Part shown: positions 18,070 to 27,517 of the stretch, one piece after another
Numbering within the stretch: the stretch's first letter is position 1
How the letters are laid out: each line of letters opens with the position of its first letter
DNA from: Promethearchaeota archaeon
GTDB lineage: Archaea > Asgardarchaeota > Lokiarchaeia > Sigyniarchaeales > SOKP01
DNA: 37,068 bases
Assembly: GCA_004524535.1 (NCBI GenBank)
Contig: SDNY01000027.1
Location: forward strand, 1-37,068
Direction of reading: 5' to 3'
The notes under the pieces: generated by a model
The model's database searches: none
What the model saw: the letters and a program-made list of their open reading frames with translations, nothing else
Told to the model about the DNA's origin: nothing
Translations under genes and position numbers: made by a program

Positions 18070-18180
18070 TTATTTGATAACATATGCTAGTTTTTGTCCT
18101 TCTTCTTCAAGATTCAATTCCCTTCGGATGGCATTTCTAACCAAATACCCTCCAATATGGAGAATAGAATCTTTTAGAAT
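18070..18180 (-). pseudogene. Orphan diverged copy of the DUF166 gene 3' end
   Basis: Translates ILKDSILHIGGYLVRNAIRRELNLEEEGQKLAYVIK*, versus MLKDSILHVGGYLVRNAIRRELGLEEQIGERLTYIIK* at the end of 20233..21132. No start; an in-frame TAA lies at 18189-18187. Confidence 0.9.
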
Positions 18181-18392
18181 TGTAGATTAACAATGACCTA
18201 AGTATAGTCTTGAATTTTTTATTGAAATTATTAAATTGGTAGAGAATCTACATTTAAATTTAAGATTTTTTAAATTTAAATTATAGAATTTTTAGAATGT
18301 TTAAATAAAAACGAATTCATCATATTGTAGGAAAAAATTTCTTTATAAATCAATTGAAAAACTTGAGTTCGTAAAAAACAAACATAATTAAA

Positions 18393-20225
18393 ATGTCAGA
18401 AAAACGGAAATGGATTGGAAAATGTCGTGTTGAAGAAGGATTAGATGATGAACCTGTTGTTAAGGATTTTATTAACAATTATTGCGATGATGTTGAGGTT
18501 ATTAGAAAAAATAATAGACAAGAATTAGAGATGACAAAATTTAAACCTATAACTTTTTCTAAAGCAGTAATTGAATATATTAAAAAGAGAATTAGAGTAT
18601 CGAATAACGAATTCGATAAATATCTTGATTACATGAAAGATCATGGTATAAACAATGATAAACTCCTTAAAATAATATTTTCCGAAAAGAATTTAGATGA
18701 ACTTCTGAGAAAAGCTAATATCAAAAGTGGTAAACAAAATCGACTTCAAGCAAAAAGATGTATGACAGTAATTTCCCTTGCACTTCTTAAATGTTCTAAT
18801 TATAATGACCTTCGAAATTCTTTACATGCATTAACTGGTTTATCTAATAGATATATTTATGATGTAATTAAAAAATGTATTCCCATTTTGAATAGTATAA
18901 ATCCTAGCGTAAAAATTAATAGATGGCTACCTCAAAAACCATTTGAATACAATCTCATATTAATTAATAAAATGATAAAAAAAAGAGGTTGGAAATTATT
19001 ATTTCCCAAAACTCAAGAAGAATTTGATAAGTTAAGAAAAAAACATAATCGTGAACCAGCTAGAATTCCCCTATATGTAGAATGCGATAGAGATCATAAA
19101 TTTTCTACTAATGCTTTCAATTTACAGCGAAGGGAAAAAGGTTGTAGAAAATGTGCAGATGATGATAAAATTAAATATAATATGGATACAATAAAAAAAT
19201 TGGTTAATCAGAAAGATTGGATTTTGAAATATCCTAAAAATCAAGAGCAACTTGATTTACTTGTAGAAAAACTCAATTGTGCTCCAAATGCAGCTCCTCT
19301 AAGTATCGAGTGTAGCTTAGGTCACCCAATTTTAACAAAAGCACATAGATTAAACCAAAAATTATTAAAGGATACAGAAGGCTGTTTAAAGTGTAGTCAT
19401 ATTAAAAAAAGGAAATATAATATAAATGTAGTGAATAAAATGATTAGAGATAGAGGTGCTATTCTTATTTATCCAAAAACTCAAGAACATTATAATGCTT
19501 TAAAAAAATCTCATCAGTGTAAACCCTTTAAAGTTCCTCTTAAAATAGAATGTATAAGAGGTCATATTTTTAATAGTAATGCTTCTTTAATACAACAGAA
19601 CCATTGGTGTCCTTATTGCAAACAAATTAAATCTGCTATAGGTAGACTTACTCATATCATTTTTGAATATCTTACTATTAAATATCTCCTATTAAAAGGT
19701 TGTCAAGCTGATTTCGAACAACAGATAAATCTTAATACAAAACATCAGGTTGATATTCTAGTAAAAAGAGATAGGAATTTTATGAAACATATTGAAAAAT
19801 TTCAATCTATTATTTCGATTCCTAATATTATTAGAGAAATAGCGATTGATTTTACTTTTTCTCTTGAAAAAAAGTTCATTTTATCAAAGTTTTATAAAAA
19901 TTATCAAAATAAAAATAGGTTTCTAATTGTTGTGTTGCTAGATGGAGATATTAAAAAATGTAGTGTAGAACAAATTATTCAATTTTCTTCTAATATTAAT
20001 TTTAAAAAATATATCAAAATATTATCTTTTAATGAGTTCCTCGAATTTTTATGTCTATTACAAAGAATAATCGATTGGAGATTAATTTCCAAAGACGAGA
20101 AGGGAATACTTTCGGAATTTAATAATATTTATAACCTCGCCATTGATGCTATTGATTCAGAAGAAGAGCTCAAAAAATTAATTAAAATTGGTGAAAAATT
20201 TAAAAATAAAATTGGGAATTTGTAA
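18393..20225 (+). CDS. Protein with three Zn-binding repeats and a putative C-terminal PD-(D/E)XK-like nuclease domain
   Basis: Three ~75-80 aa repeats YN...PK(T/N)QE...PL.(V/I)EC..(D/G)H...CxxC, then HIIFE...QVDILVKR...IAIDFT. Nuclease assignment is inference. Confidence 0.6.
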   Translation: MSEKRKWIGKCRVEEGLDDEPVVKDFINNYCDDVEVIRKNNRQELEMTKFKPITFSKAVIEYIKKRIRVSNNEFDKYLDYMKDHGINNDKLLKIIFSEKNLDELLRKANIKSGKQNRLQAKRCMTVISLALLKCSNYNDLRNSLHALTGLSNRYIYDVIKKCIPILNSINPSVKINRWLPQKPFEYNLILINKMIKKRGWKLLFPKTQEEFDKLRKKHNREPARIPLYVECDRDHKFSTNAFNLQRREKGCRKCADDDKIKYNMDTIKKLVNQKDWILKYPKNQEQLDLLVEKLNCAPNAAPLSIECSLGHPILTKAHRLNQKLLKDTEGCLKCSHIKKRKYNINVVNKMIRDRGAILIYPKTQEHYNALKKSHQCKPFKVPLKIECIRGHIFNSNASLIQQNHWCPYCKQIKSAIGRLTHIIFEYLTIKYLLLKGCQADFEQQINLNTKHQVDILVKRDRNFMKHIEKFQSIISIPNIIREIAIDFTFSLEKKFILSKFYKNYQNKNRFLIVVLLDGDIKKCSVEQIIQFSSNINFKKYIKILSFNEFLEFLCLLQRIIDWRLISKDEKGILSEFNNIYNLAIDAIDSEEELKKLIKIGEKFKNKIGNL

Positions 20226-20232
20226 ATATTAT

Positions 20233-21132
20233 TTATTTTATAATATATGTTAGTCTCTCACCTATTTGCTCTTCCAATCCAAGTTCTCTTCTTATTGCAT
20301 TTCTCACTAAATAACCTCCTACATGGAGTATTGAGTCTTTTAGCATACTGTCAGCCTGCATGCTAGCATTACAAGGATAAGCGTGATGTGCTTTACTAAT
20401 TTTTTCATTAAGAGATAAATCACCATTTTCGATGTATTTTGCTCTTAACTGTTGTAATATGTAATATGTAGAACCACATGGAGCACTTTGAAGAACACAT
20501 GCGTCTACAATTGATTTTCCATCCTTACTTAATAAAAATGATACTATGGGTACTCCAATTTGAAAATGTTCTATAAAGTCATGAATATAATCATGCTTAT
20601 TAGTGAGGTGGAATCCAATTTTATTATATTCGTTATAATCTTTACTCAATGAACAAAATGGTTTTGGAAATGCCGCTTGAATACCATATTTTTCAAAATC
20701 TTCAAGCACTTGTACTTGCAATCCCGCAGGAACCCATTTAGGATCTTCTATAGGAACTATTACCGCTTTTACTCCTTTGTCTTTTAAATAAAAGGGCAGT
20801 TCTGCTAATAAATCTGGATGAATTCCTACAACTATTAAAAAATCGACAGGTGGCAAATTTTTAGGTAAATATTTTTCTGAATCTTCTACAAAATCAGGAA
20901 GACCTTCACCAATTTTCTCATAAAAATAAATTGAGCTTGCATAACCTTTTAAATTTTCGCGACATTTATCGCATTTAATATTCATTTCCAAATCTTCACA
21001 TGCTTTACAAAAATCCTCAGAATTTATCAAATTTCCTACAAATTTCGCGGTTAGCATCTCGGTATCTGGATCTACTCCATACAAAAACCCTAAAGTGTAT
21101 TTTTTATTATTTTTACTCATCACGGGATACAT
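20233..21132 (-). CDS. DUF166 family protein
   Basis: LPPVDFLIVVGIHPDL, FPKPFCSL, SAPCGST, HHAYPCNASM. Confidence 0.82.
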   Translation of the reverse strand: MYPVMSKNNKKYTLGFLYGVDPDTEMLTAKFVGNLINSEDFCKACEDLEMNIKCDKCRENLKGYASSIYFYEKIGEGLPDFVEDSEKYLPKNLPPVDFLIVVGIHPDLLAELPFYLKDKGVKAVIVPIEDPKWVPAGLQVQVLEDFEKYGIQAAFPKPFCSLSKDYNEYNKIGFHLTNKHDYIHDFIEHFQIGVPIVSFLLSKDGKSIVDACVLQSAPCGSTYYILQQLRAKYIENGDLSLNEKISKAHHAYPCNASMQADSMLKDSILHVGGYLVRNAIRRELGLEEQIGERLTYIIK

Positions 21133-21305
21133 AAATTATATGTTTTTATTTGTTTTTTTAATAATTAATAAACCATATAATTTTTTAGTAGAACATGTTC
21201 AAAGAAAGATATTCTATTTCAAAAATTAGATGCTTATAAAAGAAGAAATTGTTTTTATATATGACAATTAAAAATTTAAATTAAAATTCACGAGATACGA
21301 TTGTT

Positions 21306-22997
21306 TTGAGTGAAAAGAGTGTTGGCTTTAATTCTGACGAAAAGCTTGAAGAAATAAGTAGATTTTATAGACATAAACTCCCTTTTACTTTTAAATCTTT
21401 TATGAAAGATATAGAGATTACAAAAAAGGAGTTCTTTCTGCTGTTTTTAATTTTTAATTCGTTGGTTTTTTTGGGTCTTTATCAATTTGGAATAATAATT
21501 GGAATGCCTATTGAACATGAGAACCCTCATTTAAGAGAATTGAATTTATTTAAAGCAGTATCTATATTCAGTGGTTTTATAATAGGATTTTTACTTTCGA
21601 TATATTTTATTGATAAAATAAAGAAACCTATAAGTTTCATCAAAAGTGTTATAGTGACCTCATTAATATTAATTTTTATACAAATTCCTTTAATTTTACT
21701 TAAAATGGAAATGCTCTTGAATATCTTTTACTTTACGAATATTCTAATTCTAATTATTGCTATTATGACAACTGGTAAAATATTTCTTATTAAAACTAGT
21801 ATCTTGGAAAGAGGTAGGATAATGTCTTATTTATTATTCTTTACAATTCTATGTATCGCTATTGTTTTGGGTTCAGCACTTATCAATATCTTGATTATTA
21901 TTCCAATTGTTTTCGTAGTTCTTACAATTATTTTACTTAAGATAAATAAAGATAAATATAATATTAAGTTCCAAACATCTATAATTGAAGGGGAAAAGAA
22001 AAGTTTACTGAAAAGTTTTCAGCTCGATTTAATAAAATATTATCTCTTTTTTTTCTGTTTTAGTTTTACGGGTGGTCTTGCGTTCCCACTTCAAGATTCA
22101 ATTCAATTCGGCGTTAATGCGCTGGCAGGGAATACAGTCTTGATCTTTTCACTTGTTATAATTTATGCAATTATTATTGTGATTTTAATTGGTCTTTTAT
22201 TTGATTATGCCGGTAGAATTTTTCCACTAAATTATATTATTTTAGCAATAGCATTGGCCACGTACATACACATCTTTAGAGATAGGTATTATGATTTCCC
22301 TCTTGCGATTGTATTTAGCGCTTATATCGCTGCTCTTATGTGCGTTCCTCTCCTAATCGGAGACACAATTACGCGGGAAAATTTTGGAAGTTCATTATCC
22401 ATTTCTTATTTTATCATTATCATAGGGATGATTATTGGTTTAAGTTTTAATATGTTTATAACAGAATCATTAGAATCTAGTTCTTTTAAAGAAATTTTTC
22501 TAATGGGGACAATATTTATGTTTTGTATCATCTGTTTGTTGTTTTTAGTATATATGCGTGAGACTTTACCTCGGAAAGAGCAGGCGTGGAAAAATTTTTT
22601 ACATCATCTCTACATTATTCACGATTCTGGAATTTTACTTTACGAATATGCTTTTATAAAAGAAAAACAGACGGAGGGGAGTAGCGTTGATTCTGATTTG
22701 AGGGCAGGAGGTATAATTGGCGTAAGATCTATTTTGAAAGAAATAGTACAAGGAGAAGAAGAAGTTAAAACGATTGATAGTGGGGATAGGGTTCTTATGA
22801 TTAACCATTCTAATCAAGTTATTTTTGCTCTTATAATAAAAGAGGAATTAATTGTATTAAGAAAAAAAATGGAGGCTTTAATCGAAGATTTTAATAAGGA
22901 ATTTGGAGAACTAATTAATGAGGTTAGTTCAATTGGCGCCGCTATACACAAATTTAAACCAACTGAACATATTGTTTTGAAATATTTTGGAAATTAA
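21306..22997 (+). CDS. MFS-like 12-TM protein fused to a C-terminal longin-like domain
   Basis: About 12 hydrophobic segments with MFS-like loops (YFIDKIKK, ERGR, GLLFDYAGR, MRETLP), then HLYIIHDSGILLYEYAF...GGIIGVRSILKEI...FALIIKEEL..LRKKME. Confidence 0.72.
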   Translation: MSEKSVGFNSDEKLEEISRFYRHKLPFTFKSFMKDIEITKKEFFLLFLIFNSLVFLGLYQFGIIIGMPIEHENPHLRELNLFKAVSIFSGFIIGFLLSIYFIDKIKKPISFIKSVIVTSLILIFIQIPLILLKMEMLLNIFYFTNILILIIAIMTTGKIFLIKTSILERGRIMSYLLFFTILCIAIVLGSALINILIIIPIVFVVLTIILLKINKDKYNIKFQTSIIEGEKKSLLKSFQLDLIKYYLFFFCFSFTGGLAFPLQDSIQFGVNALAGNTVLIFSLVIIYAIIIVILIGLLFDYAGRIFPLNYIILAIALATYIHIFRDRYYDFPLAIVFSAYIAALMCVPLLIGDTITRENFGSSLSISYFIIIIGMIIGLSFNMFITESLESSSFKEIFLMGTIFMFCIICLLFLVYMRETLPRKEQAWKNFLHHLYIIHDSGILLYEYAFIKEKQTEGSSVDSDLRAGGIIGVRSILKEIVQGEEEVKTIDSGDRVLMINHSNQVIFALIIKEELIVLRKKMEALIEDFNKEFGELINEVSSIGAAIHKFKPTEHIVLKYFGN

Positions 22998-23044
22998 ATA
23001 CTGTTGTATCGAAATTAAAATTATTCTTTTTGTTATTTTTAAAA

Positions 23045-23887
23045 ATGGATGTCCATAAGATAAAAAATAAAGTATTAAATGATTTAAGACAAGAAATCCC
23101 AGATTTAATTGAAGGAAAAGATACTTTTTCTCTTACTCGTCTTAGCAGCAAAAAAAATATAGTATATGAATTGATTTTTGATAAGAAACCAGAAAAATTA
23201 CCCAAAGAAGTAATCCTCAAACTTTTCAGAACTAACTATGCTGAAAAAGAATATAAAGCCTTAATCAAACTAGAAAAACAGGAGCTACCAATCCCTAAAG
23301 TATTATATTTTAAAAAACCTTATTTAATCCTTAAAAAACTCGAGGGTGTTAATCTTTGCGATTTTATAAATGATAACTTATTAAATATTTCCACTATAGA
23401 TGAATTAAATTTGGAGATCCGTGATAAAATTATAGTTAGCGTAAAGAAATTAGCTGAATGGATAGCTAATTTGCATAGGCAAAACATAATTACTAAGAAA
23501 AATACACTTGAGATTATTGTGTTTAACAAAGGAGATACTCGACTGAGAGATTTTATATATAATTCAACAAAAAATGTTATTTACGGCATCGATTTTGAAG
23601 AATCATATGAAGGGAATTTCTTAGACGATTTAGCTTGGATTTGTTGTTCTTTATTAGATACGAATCCTGGAATTTTTGAAATACCTGAACCAAAACATAA
23701 AATAGAGCTAATTAACTACTTTTTAAAGGAGTATTTCCGAATTAATAAGAAATTTTTGTTCTCATTCAATTATTTCGCAGAAAAATTAATTGATTATTTA
23801 AACATCGTAATTGAAAGGAGAGCTATAGAATTAAGCCCTGTTAGAAAAAATGTTATTCTGAGAAATATCTCTAAAAAATATACCTAA
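23045..23887 (+). CDS. Protein-kinase-like (APH/RIO-type) phosphotransferase
   Basis: SKKNIVY, VILKLF, EKEY, IPKVL, NKGDTRLRDF, YGIDFEES, DDLA. ATG 23045 preferred over TTG 23030. Confidence 0.75.
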   Translation: MDVHKIKNKVLNDLRQEIPDLIEGKDTFSLTRLSSKKNIVYELIFDKKPEKLPKEVILKLFRTNYAEKEYKALIKLEKQELPIPKVLYFKKPYLILKKLEGVNLCDFINDNLLNISTIDELNLEIRDKIIVSVKKLAEWIANLHRQNIITKKNTLEIIVFNKGDTRLRDFIYNSTKNVIYGIDFEESYEGNFLDDLAWICCSLLDTNPGIFEIPEPKHKIELINYFLKEYFRINKKFLFSFNYFAEKLIDYLNIVIERRAIELSPVRKNVILRNISKKYT

Positions 23888-24004
23888 TAACTTATAAAAA
23901 AGCACAATAGATAATATTTTTAAGTAACACATCGTTAGGTTTAATAATACATATCGAACAAAAAAATAAATTGTAATATAAAATAAAGAGATATTGAATA
24001 GAAA

Positions 24005-25252
24005 ATGAGCGATGTAGGCACAAAAGAAGTTGCGATTGGTATATTACTTATTGGACTCGTTGCGATGGCAGGATGGGTTGGATTTCTTTATGTGAATCCC
24101 GTTACTAAGACAAAAACAGAAGAAGAAGAGGAAACTATATATATTACAACTACAACAAAAGTTATCGAGGAAACAGGTTTACCAGATGATTGGGGTTTAG
24201 CAGAATTGGATGCTTCCTTTTCTGTATTTAATGAAACGGGTGGAGAGATAACAGTAAAAATGTCTGATATTTTAAATGGTATTTCTCTCTATTATAATCA
24301 AGAAGCGGACCCATTGGGTCGTAAAACACTAGAACATAAATACGAGTATATGGAATTACGAACGGTCGACGATCCATTATCAGGTCGAACTTTTACTGGT
24401 GTAAATATTTTAGATGTATTGGAATTTGCTGGTACATTTTTTGCTTGGAATATTTCTTGCAAAACAAATAATGAGGATTTATATCCCAATACTTATTTTA
24501 ATGTTTCAACTGGAGATATAGTTAATTTGGATAGTAAAAATGGTGGATACATTCCTACAATTATTGCTATTGCTGCTGATGGATTATGGTTACCTGACCT
24601 TGGTTATGGAAATTTTTCAATTATCCAAGGACAATCATCACAATCTATTTATGATCTTAAAGAAATAAGGACTCTTTCAGAATGGCAAGTAGACATAATT
24701 GTTAATGGAGATCCAAGATATCAAGTTAATAGGACAAATATTAGTGATCCTCATTATCCAGATGGATGGCATTGGGAATATCATAAGAATTTTACAGGGC
24801 CTGATAATGCATACATGGGTGGGAGAATGACATATAATCGTACATTTTGGGGAGTAAATATGTCATATATAATAAACCAAACTAATGCTAAAGATCTTAA
24901 TTATACTATGAGTGCAGTATCTGTAGATGGTTGGGCATCTGATACATATAACAATACTGATATTAACTCTGGTTTAGTTTATCCAGTAAACTATGGATAT
25001 GTTAATTATACAGATAATCCTCCTACAGGGGTTCCTTTACCAAAAACAGATCTGTTAATAACATTGGTTTATATGGAACAAAGATTCTATGAATACGGTT
25101 TATTCCCTTCTGATCCAATATGGGATAAGGGATATTACGATGGATATTATGGTGGACCGTTTCACCTCGTAATCCCTGGAATGACAAAAAATAAACATGC
25201 GGGATGTGTAAAAAGTATCATAATAACTACATATGCTGGTCCAATTCCTTAA
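24005..25252 (+). CDS. Membrane-anchored surface protein with two degenerate sulfite-oxidase-like molybdopterin-binding domains
   Basis: N-terminal TM anchor, Thr/Glu linker, FTGVNILDVLE and FWGVNMSYII...SVDGW...GGPFHLVIPG...VKSIII. Many NxS/T sequons. Confidence 0.65.
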   Translation: MSDVGTKEVAIGILLIGLVAMAGWVGFLYVNPVTKTKTEEEEETIYITTTTKVIEETGLPDDWGLAELDASFSVFNETGGEITVKMSDILNGISLYYNQEADPLGRKTLEHKYEYMELRTVDDPLSGRTFTGVNILDVLEFAGTFFAWNISCKTNNEDLYPNTYFNVSTGDIVNLDSKNGGYIPTIIAIAADGLWLPDLGYGNFSIIQGQSSQSIYDLKEIRTLSEWQVDIIVNGDPRYQVNRTNISDPHYPDGWHWEYHKNFTGPDNAYMGGRMTYNRTFWGVNMSYIINQTNAKDLNYTMSAVSVDGWASDTYNNTDINSGLVYPVNYGYVNYTDNPPTGVPLPKTDLLITLVYMEQRFYEYGLFPSDPIWDKGYYDGYYGGPFHLVIPGMTKNKHAGCVKSIIITTYAGPIP

Positions 25253-25316
25253 AATATTTTTTTTTTTTTTAAATCAACAATCTAATATTTATTTATAGAA
25301 AACAATAATAAAAATA

Positions 25317-26264
25317 ATGAAAAAACTTAGAGTTAACCTTATTTTTTCATTAATCCTGCTTTTTTTGATAGTTAGTTGGAAAATTCCATTTTCATTTTCA
25401 TATCCTGGAGATGGGGATTGTACCGATTATCATGGAATTACTAACATTAATGCTAATTATATTGAAAATTCTCAAATTGTTTTGGATGGTGTTTCAAATG
25501 AATCTTTTTGGAATGAAATTAAAATTAAAAATGGATTTATCACAATTCCTACAGCTAATATTCTTGGCAATCCTGGAGACGAAATAATTGAAGCTAAATT
25601 AATTTTCGTTTTAAATAATCAATATATTTATATTTATTGTGAGTGGAATGATACTACTTCCAAGCCAAGTGGTATAAACATTTTTGATGGTATTTATTTC
25701 TGTTGGAATATAAACACTCCTAATTTTACTTCATATTACCCCAATGATATGAATACAGAGCATATGGGAGGAGGATTGATAGACACTTGGGGAACTGAAT
25801 TTTATTTTGGAGATTCTCATGAAAATCATTCAAGTTTTGTAGGTAATGACGGATGTATTCAAGAAGATGGATGGCATTTAGGAGAAATTAATGATATTGA
25901 AATTGGTTTTTCATATGTTGTTGATCATTCCTATTCTATTGAGATTAAAAGAAAATTAATTACAAACCATGAATATGATGTACAATTTTATAAAGGAAAA
26001 TCATATCTCTTTAATATTGGATTATTTAATGATGGATACGGGATCGATCATACGATTTCTTGGGTTTATAGGTTAAATATATTAAGTGATGATTATGCTA
26101 TTAATAATGATGATGACGATAAATCGAGTAAGAATGATACGCAACTCGATATCGGATCAATTATAATAATAGGGACCATATCAATAATTTTAATTATAGC
26201 GATAATTACATATTACAAATCTAAAATTACTAAAAATAAAACTAATATAAAAAATGCAGACTAG
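25317..26264 (+). CDS. Secreted, C-terminally anchored DOMON-like (ethylbenzene dehydrogenase gamma-type) domain protein
   Basis: Signal peptide, IVLDG...E.FW, YIYIYCEWNDTT, HMGGG.IDTW, YSIEIKRKL.T...DVQF, DHTIS, C-terminal TM followed by a basic tail. Confidence 0.7.
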   Translation: MKKLRVNLIFSLILLFLIVSWKIPFSFSYPGDGDCTDYHGITNINANYIENSQIVLDGVSNESFWNEIKIKNGFITIPTANILGNPGDEIIEAKLIFVLNNQYIYIYCEWNDTTSKPSGINIFDGIYFCWNINTPNFTSYYPNDMNTEHMGGGLIDTWGTEFYFGDSHENHSSFVGNDGCIQEDGWHLGEINDIEIGFSYVVDHSYSIEIKRKLITNHEYDVQFYKGKSYLFNIGLFNDGYGIDHTISWVYRLNILSDDYAINNDDDDKSSKNDTQLDIGSIIIIGTISIILIIAIITYYKSKITKNKTNIKNAD

Positions 26265-26856
26265 AAATTTTAAGATTTTAGTCGCGGCAATATGCATTGG
26301 TTTAACAGCAGTTTGGCTTACTGCATATAATATTGTAAGATTAGGCATAGATCCTATTGGATATATTCAACAGAATACTTCAGGATCTTTTTCAGATGAA
26401 GAGTCAGAAGATTTAAAAACAATATTAACTATTAAAGGAAAAGTTAAAGAGGATTTACGTCTTTCATTGTCTGATCTCAAATCAGATAAATATAAACAGG
26501 TAACAGATGATTTTGACTTTAAAAATTCATATGGCACAGAATGGACTGCGGAATATACGGGAACGACTCTTTGGAGTATATTAGAAGCTGAAGGAATATT
26601 AGAATCTGATGATTTAACATTTATATTTATCGGACAAGATGGATATGAATCTCCAGTAGCTCTATCAATTGAAGATATTGCCAAGAAACATGAAAATAAA
26701 GTAATATTAGCTTATGAGCTAGAAGGTCAACCCTTAAGTGATGATAATGGTCCTGTAAGATCTATAATAGACAGAGAAGTTATACAATACCTTGAACCAA
26801 ATCATTATAATTCTCAATTTGCCGTAAAAAGTTTGAAATATGTTGAGATCAAATAG
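26254..26856 (+). CDS. Membrane-anchored sulfite-oxidase-like molybdopterin-binding domain protein
   Basis: LTIKGKV...LSLSDL, YTGTTLWSILE, GQDGY, VILAYELEGQPL...GPVRSII, VKSLKYVEI. Confidence 0.8.
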   Translation: MQTRNFKILVAAICIGLTAVWLTAYNIVRLGIDPIGYIQQNTSGSFSDEESEDLKTILTIKGKVKEDLRLSLSDLKSDKYKQVTDDFDFKNSYGTEWTAEYTGTTLWSILEAEGILESDDLTFIFIGQDGYESPVALSIEDIAKKHENKVILAYELEGQPLSDDNGPVRSIIDREVIQYLEPNHYNSQFAVKSLKYVEIK

Positions 26857-26871
26857 GAGTGATATATTAAA

Positions 26872-27510
26872 ATGAATGATAATAAACAAAAAACTGTCCA
26901 AAAAGAAGAGAATTCGAATCAATTAGAAGAATTTAAAGAAACGGGTTATAGCCAAGATAGTTCTAAAAAATTAGCAACCATTGATTTATTATATAGTACA
27001 ATCCTTGGTGTCATTGGTGGTTTTATATCTAGCTTGATTCCCTTTAGTCTATTAATTAAAGTGTGGTATCCATTGACAGGTGGTACTCAACTTATAAGTG
27101 GACACCATGTTATATGGGCGTCTATAGTCTATGGTTTAACTCGGAAAAAAAGAAATATCCTGATTACAATGTTCACAAAAGGTATTATAGAGTTTATGTT
27201 AGGAGATGTGTGGGGGTTATTAATCTTGTTTGTTAATGTTATGGAAGGTTCATGCTTGGCGGTTGGATTTTTTTGGATGGAGAAAATAGGAGAAGGGGAG
27301 ACCAAATTAGGTTGGGGAATTGCTGGTGGATTTGGTAACTTTTTTCAAGCACCATTTTTTTGGATTTTAAATCAAAGATGGCATTTGCATTGGACTTTAT
27401 GGGTCCTTGCATTTATGTTTGCTTTTATTTCAGGAATTTTAATCACAGGATTATTAGGAAAGTTAGTAAAGGAATATATAATCAAAGCTGGAGTACCTAC
27501 AACATTTTAA
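26872..27510 (+). CDS. ECF transporter substrate-binding (S) component
   Basis: About 210 aa, 5-6 TM, Gly-rich, YkoE-like pattern (GIIEFMLG, ISGILITGLLG...IIKAGV). Directly upstream of ECF A and T genes. Confidence 0.8.
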   Translation: MNDNKQKTVQKEENSNQLEEFKETGYSQDSSKKLATIDLLYSTILGVIGGFISSLIPFSLLIKVWYPLTGGTQLISGHHVIWASIVYGLTRKKRNILITMFTKGIIEFMLGDVWGLLILFVNVMEGSCLAVGFFWMEKIGEGETKLGWGIAGGFGNFFQAPFFWILNQRWHLHWTLWVLAFMFAFISGILITGLLGKLVKEYIIKAGVPTTF

Positions 27511-27517
27511 ATGGTGA

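Noticed and set aside
18252-18281. 12-bp inverted repeat ATTTAAATTTAA-N6-TTAAATTTAAAT upstream of the nuclease-like gene
   Set aside because: Arms are pure A/T in an AT-rich spacer. Could be an operator but is not distinguishable from chance.
13089-20225. Classical tRNA-integrated island or provirus
   Set aside because: The accessory block lies on the 5' side of the tRNA, and no integrase, att repeat or viral structural gene was seen.
16977-27517. Selenocysteine readthrough of the in-frame TGA codons ahead of the P1B ATPase (16979-16977) and ECF ATPase (27515-27517)
   Set aside because: Neither TGA is at a catalytic Cys-equivalent position, both lie in or beside SD-like sequence, and no SECIS was identified.
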